Source: a virus. From it: a stretch of 64,000 nt of DNA. Where the stretch lies: the IMG/VR virus record IMGVR_UViG_3300034101_006340, positions 96,001 to 160,000 of that record. One strand, given 5' to 3'. Positions 46,601-52,653 of the stretch are shown here, piece after piece (position 1 is the stretch's first letter; the number at the start of each line of letters is the position of its first letter). Position numbers and translations under genes: made by a program. Under the pieces are notes generated by a model. The model was not told the origin of the DNA, ran no database searches, and worked only from the letters and a program-made list of their open reading frames with translations.

Positions 46601-48799
46601 AGTAGTACCTGTTGTTGTGCGGAATGCACCAAAAGCAATCTGGTTCTCTAGTTCTGCTAAACCATATGATCCAAGAGCGATAGAGTTTTTGCCTTTGGCT
46701 ATAGAACCATAATTGAGCGCAACAGAATTGATACCACTTGCCGTATTGTAGGATCCAATTGCCGCAGATTCTGTTCCATAAACTTTATTGTGATCTCCTA
46801 TAGCAATAGAATTTTCTGACTCAATAATATTAAAAGTACCAGCAGTTAGTGAGGATAAGCTACTGCTGCCAATAGTATTATCCTCTCCAATAACTAAATT
46901 GACATCATTAGTTATTTCTATGTCTCCGTCAACTCTCTGTTTAATGTTCGATGAAGTAATTTTTCTAGCTGGTGAAACACTATCTGTAAATTTAGGAATA
47001 TAATTATTTGTTCCTTCTATATGATCGAATGTTACATTGTTATAAGAAAAACTACCAGTAATATTACTAGCATTTCTGTAATAAGCGCCGTCTCTATCGT
47101 CTAAAAGATCTGCATTAAGATTGTTGACTTTTATACTATTCCCAGCTAAATCAAAAGGAGGAGAAGACGGCGGGGCTCCATTAGATAAAAATCTGATTTG
47201 ACCAACAACATCAATTCCTTGTAGAAATTTCTTTAGTGCATTGATTGTTTGTTCTTGATTAGTATTGATATAAATCTGATCAGCGATTTCTCTAAATAAT
47301 ACTGTTAACTTATCTCCTTCTAAATTTTGAGTAATATAAATAGTGCTAGCAGACCCGCCATTGATATCGTCTTGAAAACTATTTCCATTGCCGTCAACAT
47401 CGCCAACAGCACCAGAACCATAAATATTGGTTATAAGTCTTAATTGATTTTCTGTTGGGTAATATGCTAAAATACCAGTTTTGTTAGCAACTGTAGCACC
47501 ATATTGAAACGTAAATCCTCGTGGTTCAGACGGTAGTATATTAGGACTATTTAAACCAAATAATGGAAGATTGTCATATAGACTTGTTTCTCCACCAGAT
47601 ACAGCTAATCCACCAGCAACTGTTAAAAATCCATCCATCCTATCGCTTTCACTAGCTTTTAATGGTCTAAATCCTAGAGAATCTACGATATCGTTATAAG
47701 AAGCATAATAAACGCCATCTATAAGACCTTTAGCGTTTATACGAAATTTGGTTCCGTATTGATCACCAGAAGCGTGTAGGTTTGGTAGTCTGTCTAAAGA
47801 AAGAACACCGGTTAAGTTGGTAGAATCTCTATAGAAACTACCTTGTAAACCATCTAACAAATCTGCATCTAAGCCAGACCCAGATCCATCGTTGCCGGGA
47901 TGCCATGGAGTATATCCTAAAATTGATAAAATATCTAATGCCGTTAATGATAATCCACTAACTACTCTGCCTTTAGAATCAGTAATAACTTTCGTGTATG
48001 TTCCAGCAACGCCTGTTTCCGATAGTGATATAGAATTTTCTTCAACTAAAATATCAGCAGATGCACCTATTTGTAATAGAACAGATCCATTTGGAATAGA
48101 TAATTGTCCACCACCAACTAAACCAGAGCCAGCCTCAATGGTGATACTAGATCCACTAACTACGATAGTACCGGTATTAAGAGGTAATGATGTTAGTTTT
48201 GTCCCATTATAATATATAAGTTGGTTTAAATTAAATATGTCATTATTAGTTCCACCTTTGCTAATTGGCACCATACCAGAAATAGCACCAAGACTCAGTT
48301 CAGCAGTTCTAGCTATGGTATTATCTACTACGATTTTATTACTAGAAACCGTTAAGCCTTCTCCAATTTTAATATCCAAAATAGCAGTATTATTATTTAC
48401 TTGTGTTTTCTGAAGACCAGTACCAGGAATGATACCTGTAATAGCATTGCTGTTAGCAGAAGCTAGATCTACAATATCTTGGATAGTATAAGACGAACTA
48501 GCTAATTTGTTTCCGTCATATGATATCAAATATCCACTATTAAAACTAGTATTATTAGTGCCTCCGCTAGATACAGGTAAAATACTAAATGTCAAACCAT
48601 CTTTACCAGCGGGGCCTGCTGGGCCAACTAATCCTCTTTCTCCTTGCGGTCCTTTTTCGATAGTTACCAAGTCTATGGAACTAGTAGTCAGATCAGATAC
48701 AATAATATTTGTTGTTGTTATCGTACCTTCTTCGGTTCGCAAACTTACTAATAAGTAGCGATTTGGTTGAAATTGTTCAGATACTGATACTATGCTCAT
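34658..48799 (-). CDS. Giant fibre/adhesin (~4713 aa): collagen stub, LDADLLDG fibre repeats, YadA-head-like repeats, cadherin-like and He_PIG-like domains
   Basis: GPQGERGLVGPAGPAGKDG; GNDGSGSGLDADLLDG; ENSIAIGDHNKVYGTESAAIG; EALDYEN; LPRWLSFDAINLVLSGTPDQCDIGSYSIDIKATDASG. Start moved to the ATGA overlap at 48799. Confidence 0.8.
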   Translation of the reverse strand: MSIVSVSEQFQPNRYLLVSLRTEEGTITTTNIIVSDLTTSSIDLVTIEKGPQGERGLVGPAGPAGKDGLTFSILPVSSGGTNNTSFNSGYLISYDGNKLASSSYTIQDIVDLASANSNAITGIIPGTGLQKTQVNNNTAILDIKIGEGLTVSSNKIVVDNTIARTAELSLGAISGMVPISKGGTNNDIFNLNQLIYYNGTKLTSLPLNTGTIVVSGSSITIEAGSGLVGGGQLSIPNGSVLLQIGASADILVEENSISLSETGVAGTYTKVITDSKGRVVSGLSLTALDILSILGYTPWHPGNDGSGSGLDADLLDGLQGSFYRDSTNLTGVLSLDRLPNLHASGDQYGTKFRINAKGLIDGVYYASYNDIVDSLGFRPLKASESDRMDGFLTVAGGLAVSGGETSLYDNLPLFGLNSPNILPSEPRGFTFQYGATVANKTGILAYYPTENQLRLITNIYGSGAVGDVDGNGNSFQDDINGGSASTIYITQNLEGDKLTVLFREIADQIYINTNQEQTINALKKFLQGIDVVGQIRFLSNGAPPSSPPFDLAGNSIKVNNLNADLLDDRDGAYYRNASNITGSFSYNNVTFDHIEGTNNYIPKFTDSVSPARKITSSNIKQRVDGDIEITNDVNLVIGEDNTIGSSSLSSLTAGTFNIIESENSIAIGDHNKVYGTESAAIGSYNTASGINSVALNYGSIAKGKNSIALGSYGLAELENQIAFGAFRTTTGTTVLEHGQYSTVAAYLKGIETHGSWISLSPVIQLPKEKTIAYNIELLMNKGLSSGVAHFSFTSGIINNATYRDPNNISNIINTTTVPNIGYKTEAYNNSQLRRHVHKWTYQDMSSGKEATKTQYVWAKSPPAQNLSVDLRYLYPYYFYTPENVAITGVFEKSHDGSLVLDIHRPRYYESFTQHPLNNTFVIQTQKPHQAVAGAMLECQFSSASMYLPPSGRYIVQGAPNSNSVAVTAPKWMAVKYGLPSGAKLVVNAPSGYDKFFNTNIPAAIQGTSIQYNSAYLVNQYGYALHTFIKPNMTIKIQYKDFSNNIYNYRRVITSITSSTININAPIKTIDINPTIISGPVSITIDDFSAHLFKSCNKLWVDGEALNILGAQTRTSPIFNTGENIVFVNDGGAGDINNPLAASLIGLQNSGFVYEPDAYGDSSFSITTATRIDRLIDGQSIEIAPLFTNNSGNVDIYARTDLACNYSSVLSDINVHTGVYVRYNIDNYQSIRLFDTNYQPLDFISAPMNYELVNGSFSEFNNKFRITRDKNRYFLYTNEALDYENNNIIPIRVRCTPQNINFSSFYEQVLYVYVQNLNEIPKVNIVLEPTGIPIDNVFVYSLPGNMFVEPDSGVLQYSANIKGGHPLPRWLSFDAINLVLSGTPDQCDIGSYSIDIKATDASGLYAFNNLIIEVSGNPVITSNVLASGISEILKINSIQLAKNTVLENSKDTLVGELLVNGGYNPYIFFGSASNSVSGIFMKGSDLFRHAQPTTKTFSNIVTLSGAPQLFGIGTNVFARSLPISDPSIGLSGNTKVTKTYRPTVLSGTPISGNLFIFDNIYIPYRDFAVFTGQYLGEQNLSECFGTNLRAKEISDFSIILGRGLIQEAKGLVLTENNDALDHEYSIPQLSFKVEQEGTIDDLKIEDDLSYLAYKDNTQKSVAWSKKISYSKLFDEKLENTLSSEVDTLIGDNESNFEYITHPVTLIDVFFTTENNYSIVTENKEKINGIIVDERVWFSTYPFRIRRNLRENIELLPTGIVYNPLRVVNPPTDDDNEGLFVSNIDYARSDLLHAYDSWTFLEHINNPILYVNGIGSNDTTQLITDDRNYTGYFYNSSPFEYAILSTEDNFGLIPETEKLNGSRIELSNRYELLDTTKIYPNNGKIFAELLEEELLCENNDRLVHDYAILAHSGSAYILFPGTINQIVLKYPTVYSYTATEVNNGSLGYYEDNLENRPTGLSFTEPDFYYSWGKLVPYYAYTNEYAIRLSNIYDRASTSGLLVYTGIAPADDNYFPEESLYNSVGLSSGDCPVNIPNSIINGMVVHDDLVGSQYVTGVATFYTSFAANDITITSNKDFNKDLRINDYVYLYEALSNQANALFPRTDTYTDVLSSTSNTIKVRNLFLYPSNRVVTHTGSIRLNLDRNHEQIIKSPDYVNRLPIKFNSVYNTNSARLPKNYLFDIIGVSGQKVVSSDNARYLLKSDEYLDSIVSGTYMTNGFKFFGSLFHDHEIIYDVRKLDKEFSSTYTNITFEYRKDTKILSLNLPTGIVSIFDNIRLSNFQPLSPSMIWDHNATYNTGFKVFKENLSIRNIDDVPDKDFVLLERSAAVLQPENKERLSFITDIFAASSSGTCYLDVNLTNRLDRGFILNYNDNLSKTTGHQYLDYNSGYSFTGIIPRYHKIISTTGTLNDTRIGYASIFNSGNQQWSSGIRTVRRAEPTDIGYVDFYHIYSTGFTNHINNIPYLNMKGVGSPERWYITDIISTSGSNKMLQFLYLGHNTNTIKIFGGIQTSSEDSGFSITKITYSQQTLIDKLADLGVVSGVTPIFTTGTNGLSGNLDITIPVTRFDTITIELNGNTTSNFNYLQLNTYVENTVNTPGLLLDSAIPIFTDKLYYPRNNQPLSNSFYILPSISTSTKYCNTNKPYNKNNTIYYNGNLIVIDNLSSVKSYCLENEQLRIKDLNRMPVSSGYARFIQKINPVNQLYSITGISLDGSLSIPSSIYDYQYASLRENTVRHLLPFGTGTGFLPNIGTISFIPHYSGTFDLINYNNIYLQSYGGYTARWPQDVDAVISNSPLTGVYAVFADEKICNSNKLCVTITPYLGSSFASLNSNDSYYFDFDSVASSISTTYRITDFINSNKISISPNYNSSLVGSSGLVYIIPSKYNIKTHLYPNIDNTFITQSLAVGLNTQLVQNSINYFDSSTKKWTHLFHLVKNIPIYSGYALQFNNDTTNIIYNNKDKIGITNLSIYNNTGMLFDNIGENFTIYSDSLGETIRISTSGGSPMLVTPASVNIPKIYISGLASYRTLTNASPLLYGYRAGSGWDIGVEIIPMNKTGVYPLTIIARDETGDSYKTVNMIIKDKKSVNTTYPTGYFTTSDTEWFLNFDTTGLDLLNDFPGNQGITLFGTPNDFSYDIDIRDASTISVQGYRLAGGGGSTIPFSTGIWNPVIRFADFYTSETIAVGTGTIKILSSLNDRPPFVPTLNKVKTDYYVDISQLQNISFYIPVYEQVANPSTFFSAPGINTTTSISWDGDTNRYIATVIPKNTGDSSYLSETKYIAGGQFSYNVNQYLYVDGSPSTVNYSSSTYNFNLTFYRPMMVSYYYNSSSSGIFSLDQPWTYEFALQEGVIKHRPDKPPRVKLYNTPSIGDNSNIDLSYKVRYRYNENGNYWIVLLEGKPDIYGRYAANTGTYNIKFTADDQIASSITGSFNITYKHTKSINYIQSNIYTTPNNEFFINADIVDKASGNKASNQITFAGNNSLFISPNQASMQFDSNLNIWEFYATGNKLIDKWDARLIVDTNSQYPSLTLQCKGIADDKITAVAKVNLLELQNNNLDIVEGLPIKITGINNGNQNTPFTPESGLIVQQGEKWQLNFKTIFGLQSPQNPPSIFLSGTPTVCSGYDPRLDPLYNTDLPPNSQLHKCIATQPLFNTADKSWNFSFSGDPSCLLSGELDFSIIAIDTNLANNPIYIEPSDSIQSVFTYIPTTQDHPVPNIVQGSAPEFNIKTAIKPGCDSYFNVYKFGPANRSVCPIPTGLSGIITSGSLPTGLTYSIQYSGPEGNLFNAPHYDNVNSGVLTIQGSVSYYPPSGSSEYPDKFYLTIIDARGKKKTQEIIFGTSVTPMAPNIYMTLYFENADPIFTPSTGNDKITMGGITVKQPEASVLEMTCYSTIPFSPHCAKFPVMYSGADSTSTDFLVLHPVASHSAQYTNIQNNSFIYFNMLELNNNDGNYYVKKATSLTGLPNHVPLNSFYIKSNESISSPHTGIAEIVISTPVVKAIADLATVFNVGDVTLSTEGCVLGNGRVAADLQGRYGIYGFVSPSFSGYIPTGGYFASSDTFGTGLRYNVVDDTSRLAEIKYTTCPETGFVRFSGVSLPPIYIEITDPPPLANRSYGDDGTTFSLNSRLAYGDSIIERNKPQNERAGTAYYTVTNLVSNSTIQSGSVSVAIQNSAPIRLTSSTLAQSANNKGATFRIDYSCAGGAFPTFDPNTNPTATPSIYSWVHKAGLLGDIPTENSFPAVTISYPDTFNIYSGELINYNSLNGQYGIRGLALGGYIPTDICIGGLCPDGYTNYPYLLSISGNNGSIWSSSSYLPSISGIILNSVVSRKFNNSGNIPDFTKTAGYYSAPTSLVVRNDWIASINSSPGQTDIYEVFDVNNLVEVTVTYTPPFQPTQILDVFITGLTSGNFDLGGLSVPNMGTRPIVFSKNYGSQSLNLDIDLKPVTRITNIDLSGNLIYIRHNNLSMTEATTNIILDKITSQYSDRFSSVFYTMEDKATILSVNSISNTGLVLIAGGGSTPSGIYRGFSTNDSIKIHSTIEDNIKIMPANIDSNTEGNFDFLISGRPNILYGQYNYRVITRENPLAPIFVLGWRPKAFYKDCIMNVGKPLSIVSSTVSWGQSSNSWTVTLNIDGGVYPALSQRMKVKIDRTGLGNWTYCGFNRFQPNTNKDTYNSTTGLTTITLSSSNGANWGPGIISSFDILVYDDSGSDTITINRQA

Positions 48800-49236
48800 G
48801 TTACACAGTTTCCACAATCATCTTGTAAATCCGTATCGCATTGAAATGCGTCTGTGTCAGGTACATTACGTGGTACTAGACCTATTCCACCTTGTAAAAT
48901 TCTAAATACTTTTCTGCCGCCACCAGAATATAAGTCATTGGGTTCTTGTAATTCTAGATCATATCTTGCAGAGCCGAACGTATAGTTTAAGGTTTCGGAA
49001 GCAGGGATTTTTAGAACAATTTTACCTAATAATGGATCTATAGTAAATTCATATTGAGAATTTCTTGTATTAGTGACAAATGTTCGAACGGTTGGAGAAG
49101 TCTGGTCCTCTATCCATCTTAATCTAGCACACCAATTCGTTAAATTAATTGGAAGTTGATTATCGTCTTTATATTCGAAAGCAATAACAAAAGCGGTTCC
49201 CTTTTCTATAGAAAAATTGTACTCTGCTGCTGGCAT
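48796..49236 (-). CDS. Beta-sandwich virion protein, BppU-N/fibre-anchor-like (146 aa)
   Basis: YNFSIEKGTAF...PINLTNWCARL...GKIVLKIPASET...ARYDLEL, a common phage structural pattern. Confidence 0.55.
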   Translation of the reverse strand: MPAAEYNFSIEKGTAFVIAFEYKDDNQLPINLTNWCARLRWIEDQTSPTVRTFVTNTRNSQYEFTIDPLLGKIVLKIPASETLNYTFGSARYDLELQEPNDLYSGGGRKVFRILQGGIGLVPRNVPDTDAFQCDTDLQDDCGNCVT

Positions 49237-49261
49237 AATATAATCCTCATTTTATAAATCT

Positions 49262-49780
49262 CTATGAATAAAAATATCGTGATCTATCACTATATGTTTG
49301 CAAATATCTTGCATCAAATTTATTGCCAACAAATGGGCTAAGTACAGCGCGAATAGCTGTTGCTTCTTTAACATCCCAATGGGAAGTTAATTCGTCGTAT
49401 GCTGCGCATGGTCCTTGTTCTATAATAAGTTTTAAACCAGCAAGGCTTCCTCCAACACTTAAACTGGCTGGTCCTAGAGCTGCTCTAATGCCTTCAAGTG
49501 CAGCCTTTGTGCGCAAACTACTTTGATCAAATAAACAAGCGGACTTCAGCGATACTAGGCTAATAAAAATATCGTCATTATTTGATGTTGGATCAGGAGT
49601 GATGGATGGTGTTGTGACATCTATGGTATACTTGGTGTCTAAATTAATATCAAATTGAACATATTTTGCCGCTACGGCTATTGCTTGAAGCATTCTTTCA
49701 TCAGAATAAGTCTGATTTGCTTCATCAACATCGTTGATAAGGGTTCGTACTATGATAGGAAGCTCTATTTGCCATGACAT
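49262..49780 (-). CDS. Probable head-tail connector (SPP1 gp15/HK97 gp6-like, 172 aa)
   Basis: Helical; IVRTLINDVD...TYSDERM pattern typical of connectors; size. Confidence 0.6.
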   Translation of the reverse strand: MSWQIELPIIVRTLINDVDEANQTYSDERMLQAIAVAAKYVQFDINLDTKYTIDVTTPSITPDPTSNNDDIFISLVSLKSACLFDQSSLRTKAALEGIRAALGPASLSVGGSLAGLKLIIEQGPCAAYDELTSHWDVKEATAIRAVLSPFVGNKFDARYLQTYSDRSRYFYS

Positions 49781-49820
49781 ATTTTGACCCCTAATAAATA
49801 GTGATATTATTTACTATAAT

Positions 49821-49826
49821 ATACAC
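49821..49826 (-). promoter_or_regulatory. GTGTAT motif (GGGTGTATATTATAG) upstream of the connector gene
   Basis: Intergenic, about 40 nt upstream of the ATG at 49780. Confidence 0.4.
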
Positions 49827-49846
49827 CCAATAGGGGAATAGATTTA

Positions 49847-50410
49847 TTATTTGAGGGCTAAAACCCTTTTAGATTGTCTTATTGCCCTTTTAATAACCAA
49901 AATAGCTACTGATTCTATAAATGGAATTTTCCTTTTAGAGCTTTCTTCTTTGAGCCAGCCAACAATGGTAGAGATGTTTTGCTCGCACCAATCTATGCCT
50001 CTATCATTCATTTCTAGGGCGTGTCTTTTGCAAGAGCATGTTGGGCTGCTTTTTATCCCTAAAGAAGCTATCATTTTCGATAAAATAGTTCCTGGTCCAT
50101 TTGGGTTTTCCTCAAGAGTTTTTGGGAATAGAGACCGGAGTGTAGATCCTATATCCGATCCAAGTTTTTCTCTTAATTTATTTTCTATCTGTTGCTGAGT
50201 ATAGTCTCCGATAATATCATACTCATCTTTATCAATTAATAATAATCTTCCAGGAATATGTTGAATTTGAGCGTATACTGTTTTAGATGATGGATTATCA
50301 ATATAGAATATGTTCAAACTTTTGAGCCTAATAAGATCAGGCTGAACAATTTTATTGTTTGAATCTGTAAATGGTGGGGGCTGTATTACTATATCTTGAT
50401 CTAGTTGCAT
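49847..50410 (-). CDS. Conserved hypothetical phage protein with GPGT...CSC...W-C-x-x-N...GWL motif (187 aa)
   Basis: AGGAG RBS before MQLDQ at 50410; C-terminal PNGPGTILSKMIASLGIKSSPTCSCKRHALEMNDRGIDWCEQNISTIVGWLKEES. Confidence 0.75.
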   Translation of the reverse strand: MQLDQDIVIQPPPFTDSNNKIVQPDLIRLKSLNIFYIDNPSSKTVYAQIQHIPGRLLLIDKDEYDIIGDYTQQQIENKLREKLGSDIGSTLRSLFPKTLEENPNGPGTILSKMIASLGIKSSPTCSCKRHALEMNDRGIDWCEQNISTIVGWLKEESSKRKIPFIESVAILVIKRAIRQSKRVLALK

Positions 50411-50421
50411 TGCTGTCTCCT

Positions 50422-50427
50422 GTGTAT
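50422..50427 (+). promoter_or_regulatory. GTGTAT motif (GTGTATAGACTATAAT) upstream of the plus-strand enzyme island
   Basis: In the 63-nt divergent gap; includes a TATAAT hexamer. Confidence 0.35.
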
Positions 50428-50473
50428 AGACTATAATATATAGTAATACAAAATAAAAGACGAGCAACTTTAT

Positions 50474-52075
50474 ATGATCAGATCCTGGGACTGTTTTGAT
50501 ACATTAATTAGTAGATATTATCACTATCCTTTATCAATCTTTCGTTTAATTCAAGAACAAACAAAAGATGATAATTTTATCACAAAAAGAATAAATGCAG
50601 AAAAAATATCTGAGAAAAAAACTCTAGAAGATATATATAAAAACTTACCAGAACACGATATGGATTTGGAATTAGAATTAGAAAAACAATATAGTTATCC
50701 AATTTTAGAAAATTTTAATAAGATACAAGATGGTGATATAGTTGTTTCCGACATGTATCTTTCTAGCGAACAAATTCTAAATATTTTACGTTATCATGGT
50801 TTAAGTAAAGATATCACGGTCTATTCAACATACGGTAAAAAGGCTAACGGGTCCATATGGCACGACTTAAAACAAAAACATAATATAGCATATCATACTG
50901 GAGATAATTTACATTCAGATATAAAACAAGCCAGAGTTAATAATCTCAATAGTATGTATTATGGCGGATCATTTTTAACAAATCAAGAAAAGCTAATTGA
51001 AAGATATAGTCCTTATTTAGCATATTGGATAAAGTATATCAGATTAAATAACCCGTACTTTGTACCATACCAAAAGATTTTATTTGATAACGGATCAATT
51101 TCTTATTATTATGGTTTATTTTGGATTAAAGAACACAAAGGCGAAGTTTCTATCTTAGAACAAATTAATCAAAATAATAAGCACATTGTTTTAAGAAATA
51201 AATTTAATAATGAGACTATAATTCTATATAAAGATATTGATCAAATAACTATACTCGATGAGTCTACTAATAGTAGTAAGGATTTAGTGTCAGCCTGGCA
51301 AGAACAGCCTGTTAACACAAATAGATTTGATGAAAATATATTATGGACAGAACAATGTTCGTATAATATTCCATTATTAATTAATAGTAGTTATTTGTTG
51401 CCTAAAAAAATAGTATTCTCTTATAGAGATTGTTATTATTGGAAAAAAATATATGATAGCATATTTGACACTAATGTAGATATTTTGGAGTCTTGTAGAA
51501 ATTCTTACTATTATCCATATAGTCAAGAATATATAAACTATGTTCTACAAATCACCAAAGAAAAAACGATTGTAGATCTACATGGTACAGGATACAGTTC
51601 GGGACATTTTTTCTCGAATCAAAAAAGAGAGCAAAACATACTATTTATATCAGAACACAGCGATAATGTAAATAAAAATATATCAATCAAAAATTTAACT
51701 ATGTGTTTTGACAGAATTTTTAATGAAGATCCTGCCTCAACAAGATTTAATCATACTAGAACGGCATCCAAAAATGGTTTGAGGTGTTGTAGTGGAACGG
51801 TGTTAGAAAAATTCAATATCCCACCAAAATTGGGACAAATGGTTGGTTGGGACGATAAATGTATTAGGAAAAAATCAGAACATAATCAAGACATATGTAA
51901 TATTTTTGACAATGCAGTAGCGTGTGCTGTTAACAAATCCAAGGCGTATAATTTATATATAAATGGTATAGAGGATTTAACAGAAGTTTTGCTTAAGAGG
52001 ATGAATGGGGATAATTACACAAATACTGTTATTCATTCGTTATGGGATCCAATTAAAAATATAAAACTAAAATGA
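50474..52075 (+). CDS. HAD phosphatase + phosphoribosyltransferase-like two-domain protein; putative glycan ribofuranosyltransferase (533 aa)
   Basis: HAD motifs WDCFDTL, VVSDMY, GKKANG and HTGDNLHSD; C-terminal FSYRD (51416) and VDLHGTGYS (51572) resemble gPRT motifs. Confidence 0.6.
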   Translation: MIRSWDCFDTLISRYYHYPLSIFRLIQEQTKDDNFITKRINAEKISEKKTLEDIYKNLPEHDMDLELELEKQYSYPILENFNKIQDGDIVVSDMYLSSEQILNILRYHGLSKDITVYSTYGKKANGSIWHDLKQKHNIAYHTGDNLHSDIKQARVNNLNSMYYGGSFLTNQEKLIERYSPYLAYWIKYIRLNNPYFVPYQKILFDNGSISYYYGLFWIKEHKGEVSILEQINQNNKHIVLRNKFNNETIILYKDIDQITILDESTNSSKDLVSAWQEQPVNTNRFDENILWTEQCSYNIPLLINSSYLLPKKIVFSYRDCYYWKKIYDSIFDTNVDILESCRNSYYYPYSQEYINYVLQITKEKTIVDLHGTGYSSGHFFSNQKREQNILFISEHSDNVNKNISIKNLTMCFDRIFNEDPASTRFNHTRTASKNGLRCCSGTVLEKFNIPPKLGQMVGWDDKCIRKKSEHNQDICNIFDNAVACAVNKSKAYNLYINGIEDLTEVLLKRMNGDNYTNTVIHSLWDPIKNIKLK

Positions 52076-52653
52076 TATTATTATACGATAAAGAAACGGC
52101 TATTATTACATTACCAAAAACTGGTAGCACCTCTTTATTTGAAACATTGTGTCGCATTCCGTATAGTGGTGTTTTTTGCATCGGGCCTAGTGGGGATGAC
52201 CCCAACTACTATGATCATCATTCCGTAATATTACCACAAGCACCTTTTGAATGGAGAGTTTTGATAGTAGTTAGGAATCCTCTTCAAAGGTTTGTGAGCT
52301 TATGGGGACACCTGGCCAAAGAAATGGTGTTAAATATGGAAAGTCCGCCAACCGTCGGAGAATTTGTGGATATTATTAGTAATAATGATCATGATTTTTA
52401 TTTTTATCAATGGAATCAGACTAAAATTTTAGAAAAAGCTAATTATAAATATTCTATAATAAAAAGTGAACATATGGAAGAAGAGTTGTTAGAAAAAGAA
52501 ATTTTACATAATAAAGGAGACCTTCTTAATCTAAATGTTTTTAATATTACTCAAAAGAGTAAACCATATGATCAGATACTCGATAAAAAAATGATAGAAA
52601 AATTAAGATGGTGGTGGGAGCCTGATGCTATTAAATTTGAGTATGAGATCTAA
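52072..52653 (+). CDS. Sulfotransferase family protein (193 aa)
   Basis: 5'-PAPS-binding PKTGSTS and 3'-PAPS-binding VRNPLQRFVSLW motifs; ATGA overlap with the upstream gene. Confidence 0.85.
   Translation: MILLYDKETAIITLPKTGSTSLFETLCRIPYSGVFCIGPSGDDPNYYDHHSVILPQAPFEWRVLIVVRNPLQRFVSLWGHLAKEMVLNMESPPTVGEFVDIISNNDHDFYFYQWNQTKILEKANYKYSIIKSEHMEEELLEKEILHNKGDLLNLNVFNITQKSKPYDQILDKKMIEKLRWWWEPDAIKFEYEI

Noticed and set aside
2777-48799. Inteins or introns inflating the two giant ORFs
   Set aside because: No C/S...HN-C/S/T Hint boundaries or LAGLIDADG motifs were recognised.
25829-48799. Bacterial chromosomal adhesin locus rather than phage
   Set aside because: There are no signal peptides or secretion genes, and the block is flanked by and translationally coupled to connector, tube and TMP genes.
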